DNA of 64,000 nucleotides from Perkinsus olseni (Eukaryota): NCBI GenBank assembly GCA_013115125.1, contig JABANN010000085.1, positions 1 to 64,000 of the forward strand, read 5' to 3'. Shown piece by piece: positions 13,235 to 24,585 of this stretch (position 1 is its first letter; each line of letters starts with the position of its first letter). The notes under the pieces were generated by a model. It saw only the letters and a program-made list of their open reading frames with translations, ran no database searches and was not told where the DNA came from. The position numbers and the translations under genes were made by a program.

Positions 13235-14766
13235 TCTCTAAGTCTAAGTGGCTCGAGCAGCTCCACGCGACAGATAACCGGATGGTCGCTATTAGCGACT
13301 CGAGTCGCTAGGTATTAGCGACTCGCTAATACCTAGTCTTATCAGTACTATCTAGCGTTCAGGAGGCTGCATCCTGCCCGGTCTCTGGGCTGCCGGCGTC
13401 CCGTTGCGCATCTGTCCGTTCGGAAGATTTTTAAAACCCCCGGCGTTCATCCAACTTGACGTTCTCTATAGGCTACCACTGATATCTGACCCGCCATAGA
13501 ACTCAGTCCCATGCGTGTTGCTATCCCGTGATAGATTGGCGGATAGACTGTGACTAGAGTGTCGAAGTAGATGTCCATCAGATGCCTGGCACTCTGCAGC
13601 TGAAACATATTTTCACGCTGTAGATGGCCAGGATAAGATTTCTATCACCTATCTGATAGGTCCTATCATCGCCAAATAGACATTACCCTCGTCTGGCTCT
13701 TTTCACCCATATTAAACCGTAAATTGGAGCTCTTGCGTTTGGCAAGTTTCACCTCATTGCGACGTTCCCTGGCAGGGAATCACTGCCAGGGCAGTTCTCC
13801 TTCATCGAGCAAGCGGAAGATTCTGAGACTCCACACCGAGCAAATCACGTGAGGTTCAATTCAAGTACAGCTAAGCAGACGTACATGCTCAGATGAACCC
13901 TGCAAGGCATGCTGAGCATGCTAACACTCAGGAGAGTACGCCGCCGCTGGTGCATTGACAAGTACCATTGGCCAGGATTGTGTGCAAGTTCACTTTGATG
14001 AGCGCGATATCATCAAGGAGACGACATTGGTCAAAACCCACCAGCTCCCCGGTGAACACCGGTTACGAGGACGAGGCTCATCAGATGCGCCCGTTGACTT
14101 ATATCGAATGACGATGGCAATATCGCTGTTCGTAGGTATGACCGATGGCTTGTGCTGTTGCACAAAGGCAAGCGCCAATGAAAGACTGACTAATTAACCA
14201 TATATTTTTCTACTCTTCCATTTTATGGCTCTTGAGTCAACCAGTGTCCCGACCGATGCTCTAAACATGCACGTTACGTGCACTATCGTGACAACTACAA
14301 TACCCGCCATCTAAAGGCTGTCTTCACTTTGGCGGGGCTCACGCACTCAATTTTTCGACTCAGGGGCTGAAATTTCGGACATGTAGGTTTTATAGTACTG
14401 CGGTGTTGTTGAGTCAACCAGTGCTGGTGTTACTACTAACAGTGGGCGAGGGAGCTCCCTGAGGCATTAGTGGCGTCGAAACAGGGACGGTCCCTGAGGG
14501 ACAGATGACTTGAAATTCAAGTCTTGAATTGGGCGTGTATGGCGCGCAAAGTTTGTGTCACAAACACGCGTGTTCGTTTTCATAACGTACAAATTGTTCA
14601 TTGTGTCTCTATCGCGTATCAGCAATTGAATTCACGGGGGTCTTGAAGGTCTTCATATATTGTCGTGCCGTTGCTTTCCAACGGCACTACGATGACTATT
14701 TCGTCTTTCCGGCATGATGCTCTTCATGTCAGCTTTCGAGTACACTTGTGGCTGATATCTCCTCGA

Positions 14767-15606
14767 ATGCCAAATTTCTCCCTGAAATTGGTAATCACTC
14801 AAGCTTTGGTTATTGTGACCACAGCTCAGGATGTTGGCAAGTTCGTTCACGAGACAGCAGACTACCGTATAACCTACGATGTGGACGAGAACCATGAAGC
14901 TACTTTTACTTTCTGGGTTCCGAGTCCACCTGGAAGGTGGTCTCCGGACGGAACGTCTAACAGCTCCAGTGTCGTTAGGCAGCCACCTGAAGAGTTCACC
15001 CACGGGGCATACCCCTTGTCAAAGACCGACACTTTTACCTACGCCATCGACTTTGATGGTTCAAGAGCCAGTGCCCATGCATGGTATAAGTCTATTGAGA
15101 GGTTACTGCTGAGGAACAACGTCATTGACTACGATGATTCCGAGCTGTATGGTGGTATTCAGTCTGGGGACTTGACCGTTCTGACTTATACAAGCGGTGA
15201 CTCTTTCTCAACCTCTTTCCGAGATGAAGAGATCCGCTTCATGAGGGTGGGAGGCAGCCTGACACCGGGCGAGTATGTATTCAAGGAGAAAGCAGCTCCC
15301 TATCTCGAGGTTGATTACAGAATACGTTCTAACGGGTATGGTGATATGATGGTTAAGTGCAAGAGGCGTCGGACCTCTCGTTTGAGTTTCAAGCTTTCCC
15401 ACCGCACAAAGGGTCTGCAATACGATCACTATGCTGTGGAGCCGGCCAGCGGTGGTACCTTATATCAATTCCTCCACCAGGTCAGGGCTGTTTGCCCAAC
15501 CATTCGTTTGGATACTGACGACCTGTCCAAAGTGATCTTTGCCACTGAAAGAACTATCTTCGTGATACTCGGAAGGGCTCGTCTGGCTCTCACCTCCAGA
15601 GAGTGA
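14767..15606 (+). CDS. Secreted-family type C, intact intronless 279-aa hypothetical protein with signal peptide and internal two-domain repeat
   Basis: MPNFSLKLVITQALVIVTTA-QDVGKFVHET, uninterrupted ORF. Shares PGxYVY/F, VKC, CP and DDL..V.FA motifs with its paralogs. Confidence 0.8.
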   Translation: MPNFSLKLVITQALVIVTTAQDVGKFVHETADYRITYDVDENHEATFTFWVPSPPGRWSPDGTSNSSSVVRQPPEEFTHGAYPLSKTDTFTYAIDFDGSRASAHAWYKSIERLLLRNNVIDYDDSELYGGIQSGDLTVLTYTSGDSFSTSFRDEEIRFMRVGGSLTPGEYVFKEKAAPYLEVDYRIRSNGYGDMMVKCKRRRTSRLSFKLSHRTKGLQYDHYAVEPASGGTLYQFLHQVRAVCPTIRLDTDDLSKVIFATERTIFVILGRARLALTSRE

Positions 15607-16294
15607 CGGTTATGCCCCAGCGACGGTATCACCTCCTGGTTACTCATCTCTACTAGATACGCGTAACCAGACCATTACTTCCCTTATCTTTTCCACTTGT
15701 TAGCGCGTATCTCGCAGCAAATGACTGGCATGTGGTAAGCCATCACTGGCCTCGTGGTACCCTAACCAGTGTCTCGGGTAATGCTTTAGCAGACACACGA
15801 GAAAGACTATTATCATAGTATTAATGTTAGACTTTTATCACTCAGTATAGGTCACGAGTCGAGTAGTCTTCCACGCCTTGCCTCCCGACATTTCCGCTAT
15901 GCGCAGTAGCTCAGGCCTTACTCAACTCAGTATCCGATGGCATTTGCGTTTTACGAGTCAGACGTCGTTCGCTACCAACCGCAACGAATCTTCATTTAAC
16001 CTTCTGTCGTCGCGACAATCGTGATCACAGTGTATCCAGATTCATTGAGACGTATCAGAGAGCAATGGCGACATCATTGTTCGCAGATATGATGGATATA
16101 TGGGCAGCTGCGTCCACACGGCTTCTACCTCTCACGTCACCGGCGTTGACGCGACTAGATATGTTCATTGCTCCGAACTCGCCCCGAAGTGTTCATTTAT
16201 TGGACTTAACCGCCTCTGTGAGAAGGGCTCTCCCGATATAACTTTTATAGATGTTAGGTGTGACGAAACTCATCGATCATATCCTGTCCATCAA

Positions 16295-17045
16295 ATGAGC
16301 GACTCCGTGCAGTCTTGGTTTCCGGCAATTCAAGCTCTGTTCATCATCACGACAGCTTTGGATCATCCGGTCTTCAAACTGGAGTGTAGTGCGTACATCT
16401 ACGAGGCGGGAGACCGTACTATAGCGTACAAAGTAGACAAAGTGGAATCTAAAGCTCAGTTTACACTCACGGCACATGCGAGACCTGGGTTTGTTGCAAA
16501 CACTTCTACTTTTACGTAGCTTACCTTTTGCCACCCTGGATTCCAGGGACTGGAAACCCTTGGTGACGAAAACTATTATTACTTGATGGTGCCCACGTCT
16601 TATAGTGATCTGTTTACTCATGTCGGGCGTTGCTTTTGTGACGCCGCTTGAATATCGGGGCCCGATATTGAGCGGGCCCGATAATCGGGCTGCCATGACA
16701 GCTCCCTACCAGCTGGTATTAAGCACGAAGAGGTTGTTACTACCAATAACTCGGCTAAGTTCGCTCCGGGGTTTTCCGGGGCGAGCACATCCCGCTCATG
16801 AGGGATGGGCGAAGTTTGTCGCCAGGTAATTACAGGACACCCTGCCTTTCTTAGGTCAAGGTGGCTTACAAGGTATGCTATGATGGGGATGCAAGGATGC
16901 GAGTGATATGTGGAAAGCGAGGCACGCGAGGCTTCCATTTCAAGCTGTCTGAACGGACGACGTCCTCACGCAGGTGGTCGTTGGCGATGAAAGTAAGATT
17001 TTCGTGAAATTTTATAGAGCTCTCCTTGCCCTCACCAGGGTCTGA
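16295..17045 (+). pseudogene. Secreted-family type D, heavily decayed
   Basis: MSDSVQSWFPAIQALFIITTA start. Later remnants resemble CGKRGTRGFHFKLSE and DDV..VVVGDESKIFVKF...LTRV*. Multiple stops and indels. Confidence 0.75.
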
Positions 17046-17879
17046 GTGGTCTTTGCTCTCGAGTGGCTTGAGCACCAACGTGCGGTAAACCACCCGTTGT
17101 TCTTGAATTTTTTCCACTACTTCCCGACATTCTGCCCAGCTACCAGGCCGCCCCGCTTCAATATCGGCTTGCAACTCTGTCTTCACAAGACAAGTCGATT
17201 CGTATGGCTTAAGCAAATCTTATTCATCCTTGTCTACATAGCCTATCGCTGGCGTATGATCGCCTCATCACTGCGATGAGATAGCGCGAGATCACTGTGT
17301 AAAATAACTCATGGCCGACAGAGAAATTCTAAAAACATTTTTTCTCGATGAGAAGTTAGAGCTTTCCACGAAACTTACACTACTCGAAAGCTCTACAAAT
17401 TTCGGATTTGAAGAGCTCTGGACCCCACGTATGTTCATACTTCAAATCATTTAGATCAGCTCTGGGCAATTCTTTTGACCGGATTTAAGTATAGCCCGTA
17501 GGAGTCTTCCACCTTTCTGTGTTAACCGTTCAACCACCCTTGTAGAGATGAGGTAACAAAATAAACCATGTCCTTTGAGTTTGCAAATTTTCTAGTAATC
17601 ATGAGATTACTCGCAATTTGCCGGGCTCTCTTCGCGACGATACCCGCGCAGAGCTACAATTAGGGCATCCATTGGGCGGGGAGAGGCTGTGAAATATAAT
17701 AATCTAAACGCAGCAGGCAGCACCGGCACTCAGGTCAGAATCAGCTCCCAACTTACACGATCAATGGCAAAAGTTGGATTGCTGCAGAATTTTAGTGCTC
17801 CAGCCATATTACCGTGAAGTGATTGTAGGCCTACGCGTTCTGCCCTTACAAGGTTGATTGTCTCCCGCTGGACTTGTCC

Positions 17880-18405
17880 TCACTCTCCAATGCCAAGGGA
17901 GCCTGACCAGCTTAGCCCTGTTGTTGACGCGGAGATGCTGAAGACAACATAAACCAGTGACCAACCTCCTAGTAAACTACACGATCATCATTCTCGTACT
18001 ATGCCGAAGGGGTCAGTCACCTTCGGGGGGGGCAACGGTTGCCGGTTGAAGCCACACGACTGAGTCGTGACGACTCCACGTCCAATGCCACCCCATGTCC
18101 CACCTCTCAGTGACGGCCGTGGGGCTAACTATCTCCACGTCGGACATCAACGAGCTATCTGAGGCTCATTGCTGCCCGGGCCGCACTGGAGCGTCGATTA
18201 CTCATGGAAATCCGACGACCACTACTGTAGAAGCAACGTATTGACTCGAGTACTGCAACACAACCGCGACCCTGCCACGCACAAGCACACAATCATAGTG
18301 TGATACAATAACGAGCACTCCTGATGAGGTGGAATGGCTTCCACTATGAAGGGGGGCATGCAAGGTTACTCGGCGGACATGCCAGCATCGCTGAATGTCC
18401 GGCGC
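17880..18405 (-). pseudogene. MSH6: Deleted MSH6 5' remnant plus G3PDH/MSH6 junction copy
   Basis: GGAGATGCTGAAGACAAC (cf. 6925), ATCTCCACGTC (cf. 7119) and GGCCGCACTGGAGCG.CGATTACTCAT (MSH6 start codon region). Confidence 0.75.
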
Positions 18406-19287
18406 CTTGGTTTTTGCACACGAGGCGCGTTCCTTCTTTTCGAGATTTCTTGGTGAAGACTCGATTTTTCCGAGAAATTTTCTCGGAAATTCATATTCAC
18501 GGAGAAAATTCAGATTTACATTCACGAGTAATTTACATGTTAGTAACATGATGTTACCGAGCTCAGAAGAGCTTTTCCGGGAGAAGAAAAACTCCGAAAA
18601 GTTTTTGAGCTCGAGAATCGAAAAGCTTAGAGAGCACTTCAATCGAAGAACATGCTAACGGATAATGTTAAACACTATTTAACAAACAGAAAGCTCGGAT
18701 TTTCCCGAACGCTTTCGTTCGTAGTTTTCATCCGAGCTCGGCGAAGCAGCTGTGTCGAGTACTTGGACTCGGAAATCTGAGCAGTTTGATCGACTCCCAA
18801 GGGCCCATTCAGGTGGTTTTGCATTCCAGGTTACTTGCCGGCCGCTCCAGCCTAGAGTTGATAGTGCCAAGTTGAAATCCTTGATAAACTCAATCAGGCC
18901 GGGCGTTTGTCGTGTAACTTACACGTGTGCACGGTGGAAGCACTCGTGACCGGCTCCAACTCCTCAGGCCAAAGCGCCACGGGTAGCCGTGAACGTGGAG
19001 AGATGTACACGTTACTGGAACCAAGCTATATCCACGGCGAAGGGCCATTTTAGGTATGACTGATTAGCGGTCATCTATCACAACCCTACATGACGTAGGT
19101 GGCGGGCGCGGCTCCTCCCCATGGTGACGCGACTCCGAACCGTTCATTGCGCGACTACGTTGATGGCGAACTGGCCCAGACGCCCCAGCTGCACATCGTC
19201 GGCATTCTCTGGTAGAACCCCACTGGCCCCTCGACGGTTGACTGCCTGGCGGCATTCACTCTCCTCAATGTAGTTTTCGACGAGAGT

Positions 19288-20129
19288 ATGACTCACTTCG
19301 TCCCGACTTGGCTGATAGCGATCCAAGCTCTGTTCATGACGAGTGCTCAAGAGGTTGGCGAGTACATCCACGAGGCGGAAGATTTTACAATGACCTTCAG
19401 AGTGAACGAGGACTATGAAGCTGTTTTCGAACTCTCGGCACCACCCAGACCGGGTTTCTCTCCTGACGGTACTTCCACCACTTTCAGTATGCAGGTCTTT
19501 CCCCTGGGTTATACGAAAAGTTCAACTTACTACCACCATGTAGGATGGGACATTCCCTTCTCAAGCCTGACTGATTTGTACACTGCTATCGGTCGTTGCT
19601 TTCGGGCAGCCGGCGTGGTTGAGTCGGATAGCATCTTTCATCCCGCCGGTATTCAGTACGGTCACCGTACTACGGTGACTTGCGATATCTCATTCGCACG
19701 AATGATGACTCTCTCGTTACTTACTTCCGCAGCAAAAAGATCCTCTTCAAGAAGGTAACGCGAAACTGGCCTCCGGGTAAGTTCGTGTACAGGTCACCTA
19801 CCCGTCCTAAGGTCAAGCTGGTCTACAAGGTACGCGATGATGGGGTCGTGCTGATACGAGTTAAATGCGGAAGGAGCGGTACCCGTCGTTTCCGTTTCAA
19901 GCTGTCTGAACGCCTTGGGGCGCAGCGGACCTTCAAGTACTATGATGTGGAGCCAATTGAGAGGAGAAACTCGCACCATAGCTGGGACGATCTACTGAAG
20001 GCGGTAAAGCGTGCTTGTCCAGACATACCTCTGGTTGCTGACGATCTCAATAAGGTGGTCTTCGCTACTGACAGAACGATCTACGTACCGTTCCGAGGAA
20101 CTCGTGTGGCTCTTACCAAGGTGAGGTAA
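19288..20129 (+). pseudogene. Secreted-family type A, disrupted only by one +14-nt scar
   Basis: ORFs 19288-19758 and 19680-20129 join into one frame (GIQYGDLRYLIRTNDD) if the 14 inserted nt within 19656-19677 are removed. Confidence 0.85.
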
Positions 20130-21105
20130 TCTCTATGACCAAGTGGCTCGAGCAGCATCGGGCAATAAACCATTACTACAAAATTACTACAAAATTAAAG
20201 GGTGTAGACGGCCGGACAGATTTTTCTAATCTACCATCGCCGCGTAGGCATCGGCCTCTAAACTGACTTTTCCCCTTCTGTCATTCGGTAACTCAGGGCT
20301 CTTGCGTTCGACAAGTTATTGCGCTTGCCAGGGAGGTGTCGCTATCCTCACCGCCAAGTCTCCTTAGACTCCGCTCCTCGTACTGTGCGCCTCCCGTTCG
20401 TTGGGTGGGAAGGCGGTTAGCAGGAAACGGTTATGCGGTGGGCAGCAACAATGTTGCAGCAAAATTGAGAGCCTTCACAGCGCAGCGGAACAGTAAGGTA
20501 ATATGACTATAATGAAGATACATACTCAGATAAACCCTTCACTAAGAAGGCTTCACAGATGAATAGTACACATGTGATAAGCCTTCTCAGGACTCATTGA
20601 GCACTCCGACGCGCCGGAACATTGAACCGTTGACGACCTCGGAGAGAACTGTTCGAAGGGCAACTTCGGTGGCGAGCGTGCAATGATATCGCAACACCGG
20701 ACACGAGCGTTAATCACCGAGTATCCGAGTAGCGCCAATTCATTAGAACGTATCGGCGCTGAACAACGACGACACCATTGTTGTTGTTCGTAGATATTAC
20801 GGATGAACGACCGGCTGCGACAACCCCCTCCTGCAGTGCAGGACCTGCACTAGTGGCGGGCGCCATCGCTCGCCGCAAGGAATGACGCCTGAAACTTTCC
20901 GGCTGAAACTTTCAGGCTGAAACTTTCAGGCTGAAAGTTCATTGCCTCAAGGTCCGATGCTACCACCGCGGTCCATGAATCTCGGCACTATATACAGTAG
21001 CGTCTGCCCTCCCCCGATGGTTTGCCGATGGTCGACGGTTTTTCCGATGCACCTCTCATTTATTTCAGCTCTGTCAAAGGCTTTTCGCTCAAACCTTTCC
21101 TTCCG

Positions 21106-22046
21106 ATGAGTAACTCCATCCCGACTTGCTTGGCAATCATTCAAGCTGTGCTCATCGTCACGACGGCTCTGGAGCCTGGCATGTACATCTACGAGGCAGT
21201 AGACTGTACTTTAAGTCACAGAGTGGGAGCGGACTCCAAAGCTATATTCACCAAGCCCTGGACCCGGTCCAGTGGACCGTGGGCTGCGATCGATTCCTTG
21301 ACTACTTTTACCCTGCCCCCAGTCCCTCTGGTGATCGATGATGGCAATAAAACACATTCCTATTCCTTGCAAAGGGCGGATTCTCCCCTGACTATTCATG
21401 ATCTTTTCACTGGAGTCGAGCTTGCTTTTCAAGGCGCCCGATGGATCGTGCCAGCTGATGACAGCCTTCCACGGTGGAAGTTCCACCAGCTGGTACTAAG
21501 GATGGAGACTTCACTTTTATCATTAAGGAGAACCCCTACGCCATTTCCATCACCTTCCGGGGCAAGCCGATCATGCTCGTGAGGAACGGACAAAATGCGG
21601 TGGCTGGTAAGTACGTATACACGTCATCTACCCATCCTAGGTTCGAGTTAGCTTACAAGATATGCCGCGATGGGAGTGCGAGGATATGAGCCCAATGTGA
21701 GAAGCGTGGCAACCCTCGCTTTCATTTCCGGTTGTCTGAACGCTTTGGGCCGCAACAGACCTCCAAGTACTACGCCGTGGAGCCTAGGAGGCCACCTGGA
21801 AGTAGCTCGGACGATGGCTGGAACAAAGTATTGGATGCGGTCAGACGTGCTTGCCCGAGCAAAAGCCGTTTTGTGGAGGCAGACGACCTCAAGCAGGTCT
21901 TCTTCGCCAATGACACACCCATCTTCGTGAAATTCCGCGAACATCGCCTTTCCCTCACCAGTCGCCCCCGCAAGTCATTCATATTATCGAGTGGTTTGAG
22001 CAGCATCGTGCGGTATACCACCCATTGTGCGTCAATTTTCTCCTAA
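21106..22046 (+). pseudogene. Secreted-family type B pseudogene
   Basis: MSNSIPTCLAIIQAVLIVTTALEPG start. Scars at 21258-21279 and 21466-21487, and a nonsense TGA at 21687-21689. Confidence 0.85.
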
Positions 22047-22779
22047 CAGTACTTTCAAGTACTTTGGCCACTCGCCAGAATGTGTGCTCCATCGTCGGCG
22101 TGGAGTTCAGATCTGATTTCTGAGAACGAGCCGATCCTTTAACCAATTCATTTTCCTTCACCTTGGCTTCCTCATCTTTATAGTCCATCGCTGCCTGTGA
22201 TTACCTCGTAACCCAGCGATAACATCCTGTATTATGGATGCTGCTATAGTAGATGGGCCAGTGGATTATTCTCATAATCATCACTATTAAATAATGGTAC
22301 GAAGAAGTGCCCCTTCAAGACTTGTACTACTCGATATGAGAGGCCCTTCTTATCTCTCAGCGTAGCCCGTTTCACCCGTCTGAACTAGGTTACACAATGG
22401 GCCATGCTGGCAACACACAATGTGCTGCGTTCTGTAAATTGCAGGTGGGTCCGACTCAGACCGTCCGAGATTACTCGGGCCTGGGGGCTTTTCTAGCGAT
22501 TAAACGTGCGTTCAGCTAAGATTGGGTCTTTTGAATGGCCCGCTCTCCCTGAAAGAACACCGCTTCCTATCGAACGCGAAATGGTGGTCGGAAAGGATAG
22601 GGGCTTGAAGTTTAAGCCCCCATCCTATTCCTCCCCGGATAAGCCGTAAACAGCTCAGGGTCTTCAAAGAGGGCGAAATAGTGAAGCATTTGCAACGTAG
22701 TAAGCATCGGCAGTCAGGCCAGCATCAGCTCGTGATTTATACTGTCGATAGCATCAAACTACCTTCTGGGTCCCGCCTA

Positions 22780-23430
22780 CGCCTGGAACGTGGTCACCAG
22801 ATGAATTGACCTACCCCTTTGGTTACCTCCCTGAAGACTTCACCCATGAGCCATATCTCTCGTCAAAGATCAGCAGCTCTACCGACGCCGTAGAATTTGA
22901 TCGACCTGGGCAAAGTGCTCATGATTGGTATAGGTCCATCACCACCGTGGTATTCAGTCTGGGGAATTGACCGTCTCTAACTCATACAAGCGGTGACTTT
23001 ATCTCAACCTCCTTCCGAAAGGAAAAGATGGAGTTTATGAAGGTGAGAGGCTGCCTGACACCGGGTGAGTATGTCTTCAAGGAGGAAGTACATGGCTCCA
23101 TACCTCGAAATTGGTTATAGAATACGTCCTGACGGGCATGGAGATATGAGGGTTAAGTGCAAGAAGCTTCGGAGTCCGAAGTTCGGACCTCTCGTTTGAG
23201 TTTCAAGCTTTTCCGTTGCACTAAGGGTCTGCAGTACGATCACTATGCTGTGAAGCCGGCCGATATGACTCTCATTAATGTTAGATTTGACGAGGGTCAT
23301 CGATCATACCCATCCTTTCAAACGATCAACTTCGTTCAGACTTGGTTTCCGGTATTTCAAGCTCACACAGCCATCACGACAGCTCTGGAGCCTCCAGTCT
23401 CAAAACTCGAGCCTGGTACGTACATAGATC
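22780..23430 (+). pseudogene. Decayed type C copy followed directly by a type D 5' fragment
   Basis: 22830-23260 aligns to 14985-15445 (CTGACACCGGG.GAGTATGT, GGACCTCTCGTTTGAGTTTCAAGC). 23260-23430 aligns to ~16235-16400. Confidence 0.8.
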
Positions 23431-24119
23431 GTTGCAAGCTGATGTTGGACAACATCAGCTTGCAACGATCTGTCTTCTCGAGGCAAGTCTGTTCGTGTGG
23501 CCTAATCCACTTTTATTCATCCTCGTCTATATAGCCTATCGCTGGCGTATGATTGTCTCATAAGCCTGCGATGACATACCGCATGATGGACGCGGCTATA
23601 GTAGATAGGCTAGTAGATTTTTACTATAATAATGGTACAACAAAGTACCCCTTAAGACTTGTATTACTTGGTATAGCCTAAGAGTCCTCCACCTTTCGCT
23701 TTTGTCTGCCGTTCAACCCTTACTAATTCACGTGACAAAATATACCTTTTTACCTATCTATATACCATATATATGTATTTTGCGTTTCCCATTTTGCCAG
23801 TAATCATGAGATCACTCACACCCTGCAGGGTTTTCTTTGCGATTATACCCGCGCTGAGGTACGACCAGGCCATCGGGATGGCCTGCTTTCCCTGCGCGGA
23901 CGCTGATTGCAATTGGGCGGAAGGAGGGAGGTCGTGAAATATAACACTCTCAACGGAGCAGGCAGCACCGGCAGTTAGGTCAGAATCAGCTCCAAACTCG
24001 CACTGTCAATGGCAAAAGTTGCCTTGCTGCAGTATTTTAGTGCTCCAGCCATTTCATTGTGAAATGATTGCAGGCCTACGCGTTCTCCTCTCACAAGGTT
24101 GACTCTCCCGCTGGACTTG

Positions 24120-24426
24120 TCCTCAGTCTTCACTGCCTACAGAGACTCGCCTGACCAGCGTAGCCCTGCTGTTGCCGCGAAGATGCTGAAGACAACATAA
24201 ACCAATCACCAAGTAAACTACACGATCAATATTCCTGAACTATGCCGAGGAGGTAACATTCGGGGAACGCAACGGCCGCCGGAAGCCACACGAATCCATG
24301 CTCAATACCACTCAATGTTCTACCTCTCAGGGACTCCCGCGGTACAAACTATCTCCACGTCGCACAGTAACGAGCCCTCTGAAACTTCTCGCTGCCCGAG
24401 ACCGCACTGGAGCGGCGATCACTCAT
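24120..24426 (-). pseudogene. MSH6: Deleted MSH6 5' remnant directly downstream of G3PDH
   Basis: MSDRRSSAVSG at ATG 24426 (cf. [12 protein letters not shown]). Homologous to 17880-18205; the PIP box is lost. Confidence 0.75.
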
Positions 24427-24585
24427 AGAAATCCGAAGACCGCTATGTAGAAGCAGCGTATTGACTCGACTACTGGAACACAAGTACGACGCTGCCACAC
24501 ACAAGCACACAATTATAGTGTGATACAATAACGAGCACTCCTGATGAGGTGGAATGGCTTCCACTATGAAGGGGGTCATGAAAGG

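Noticed and set aside
22048-22068. AGTACTTTCAAGTACTTTGG as another scar
   Set aside because: The homologous copy at ~58570-58600 has about the same length, so there is no insertion.
7465-24340. An autonomous transposase or recombinase in the array explaining the scars
   Set aside because: No DDE, BED-finger or hAT dimerisation-like ORF is recognisable in this window; any such enzyme must be encoded elsewhere.
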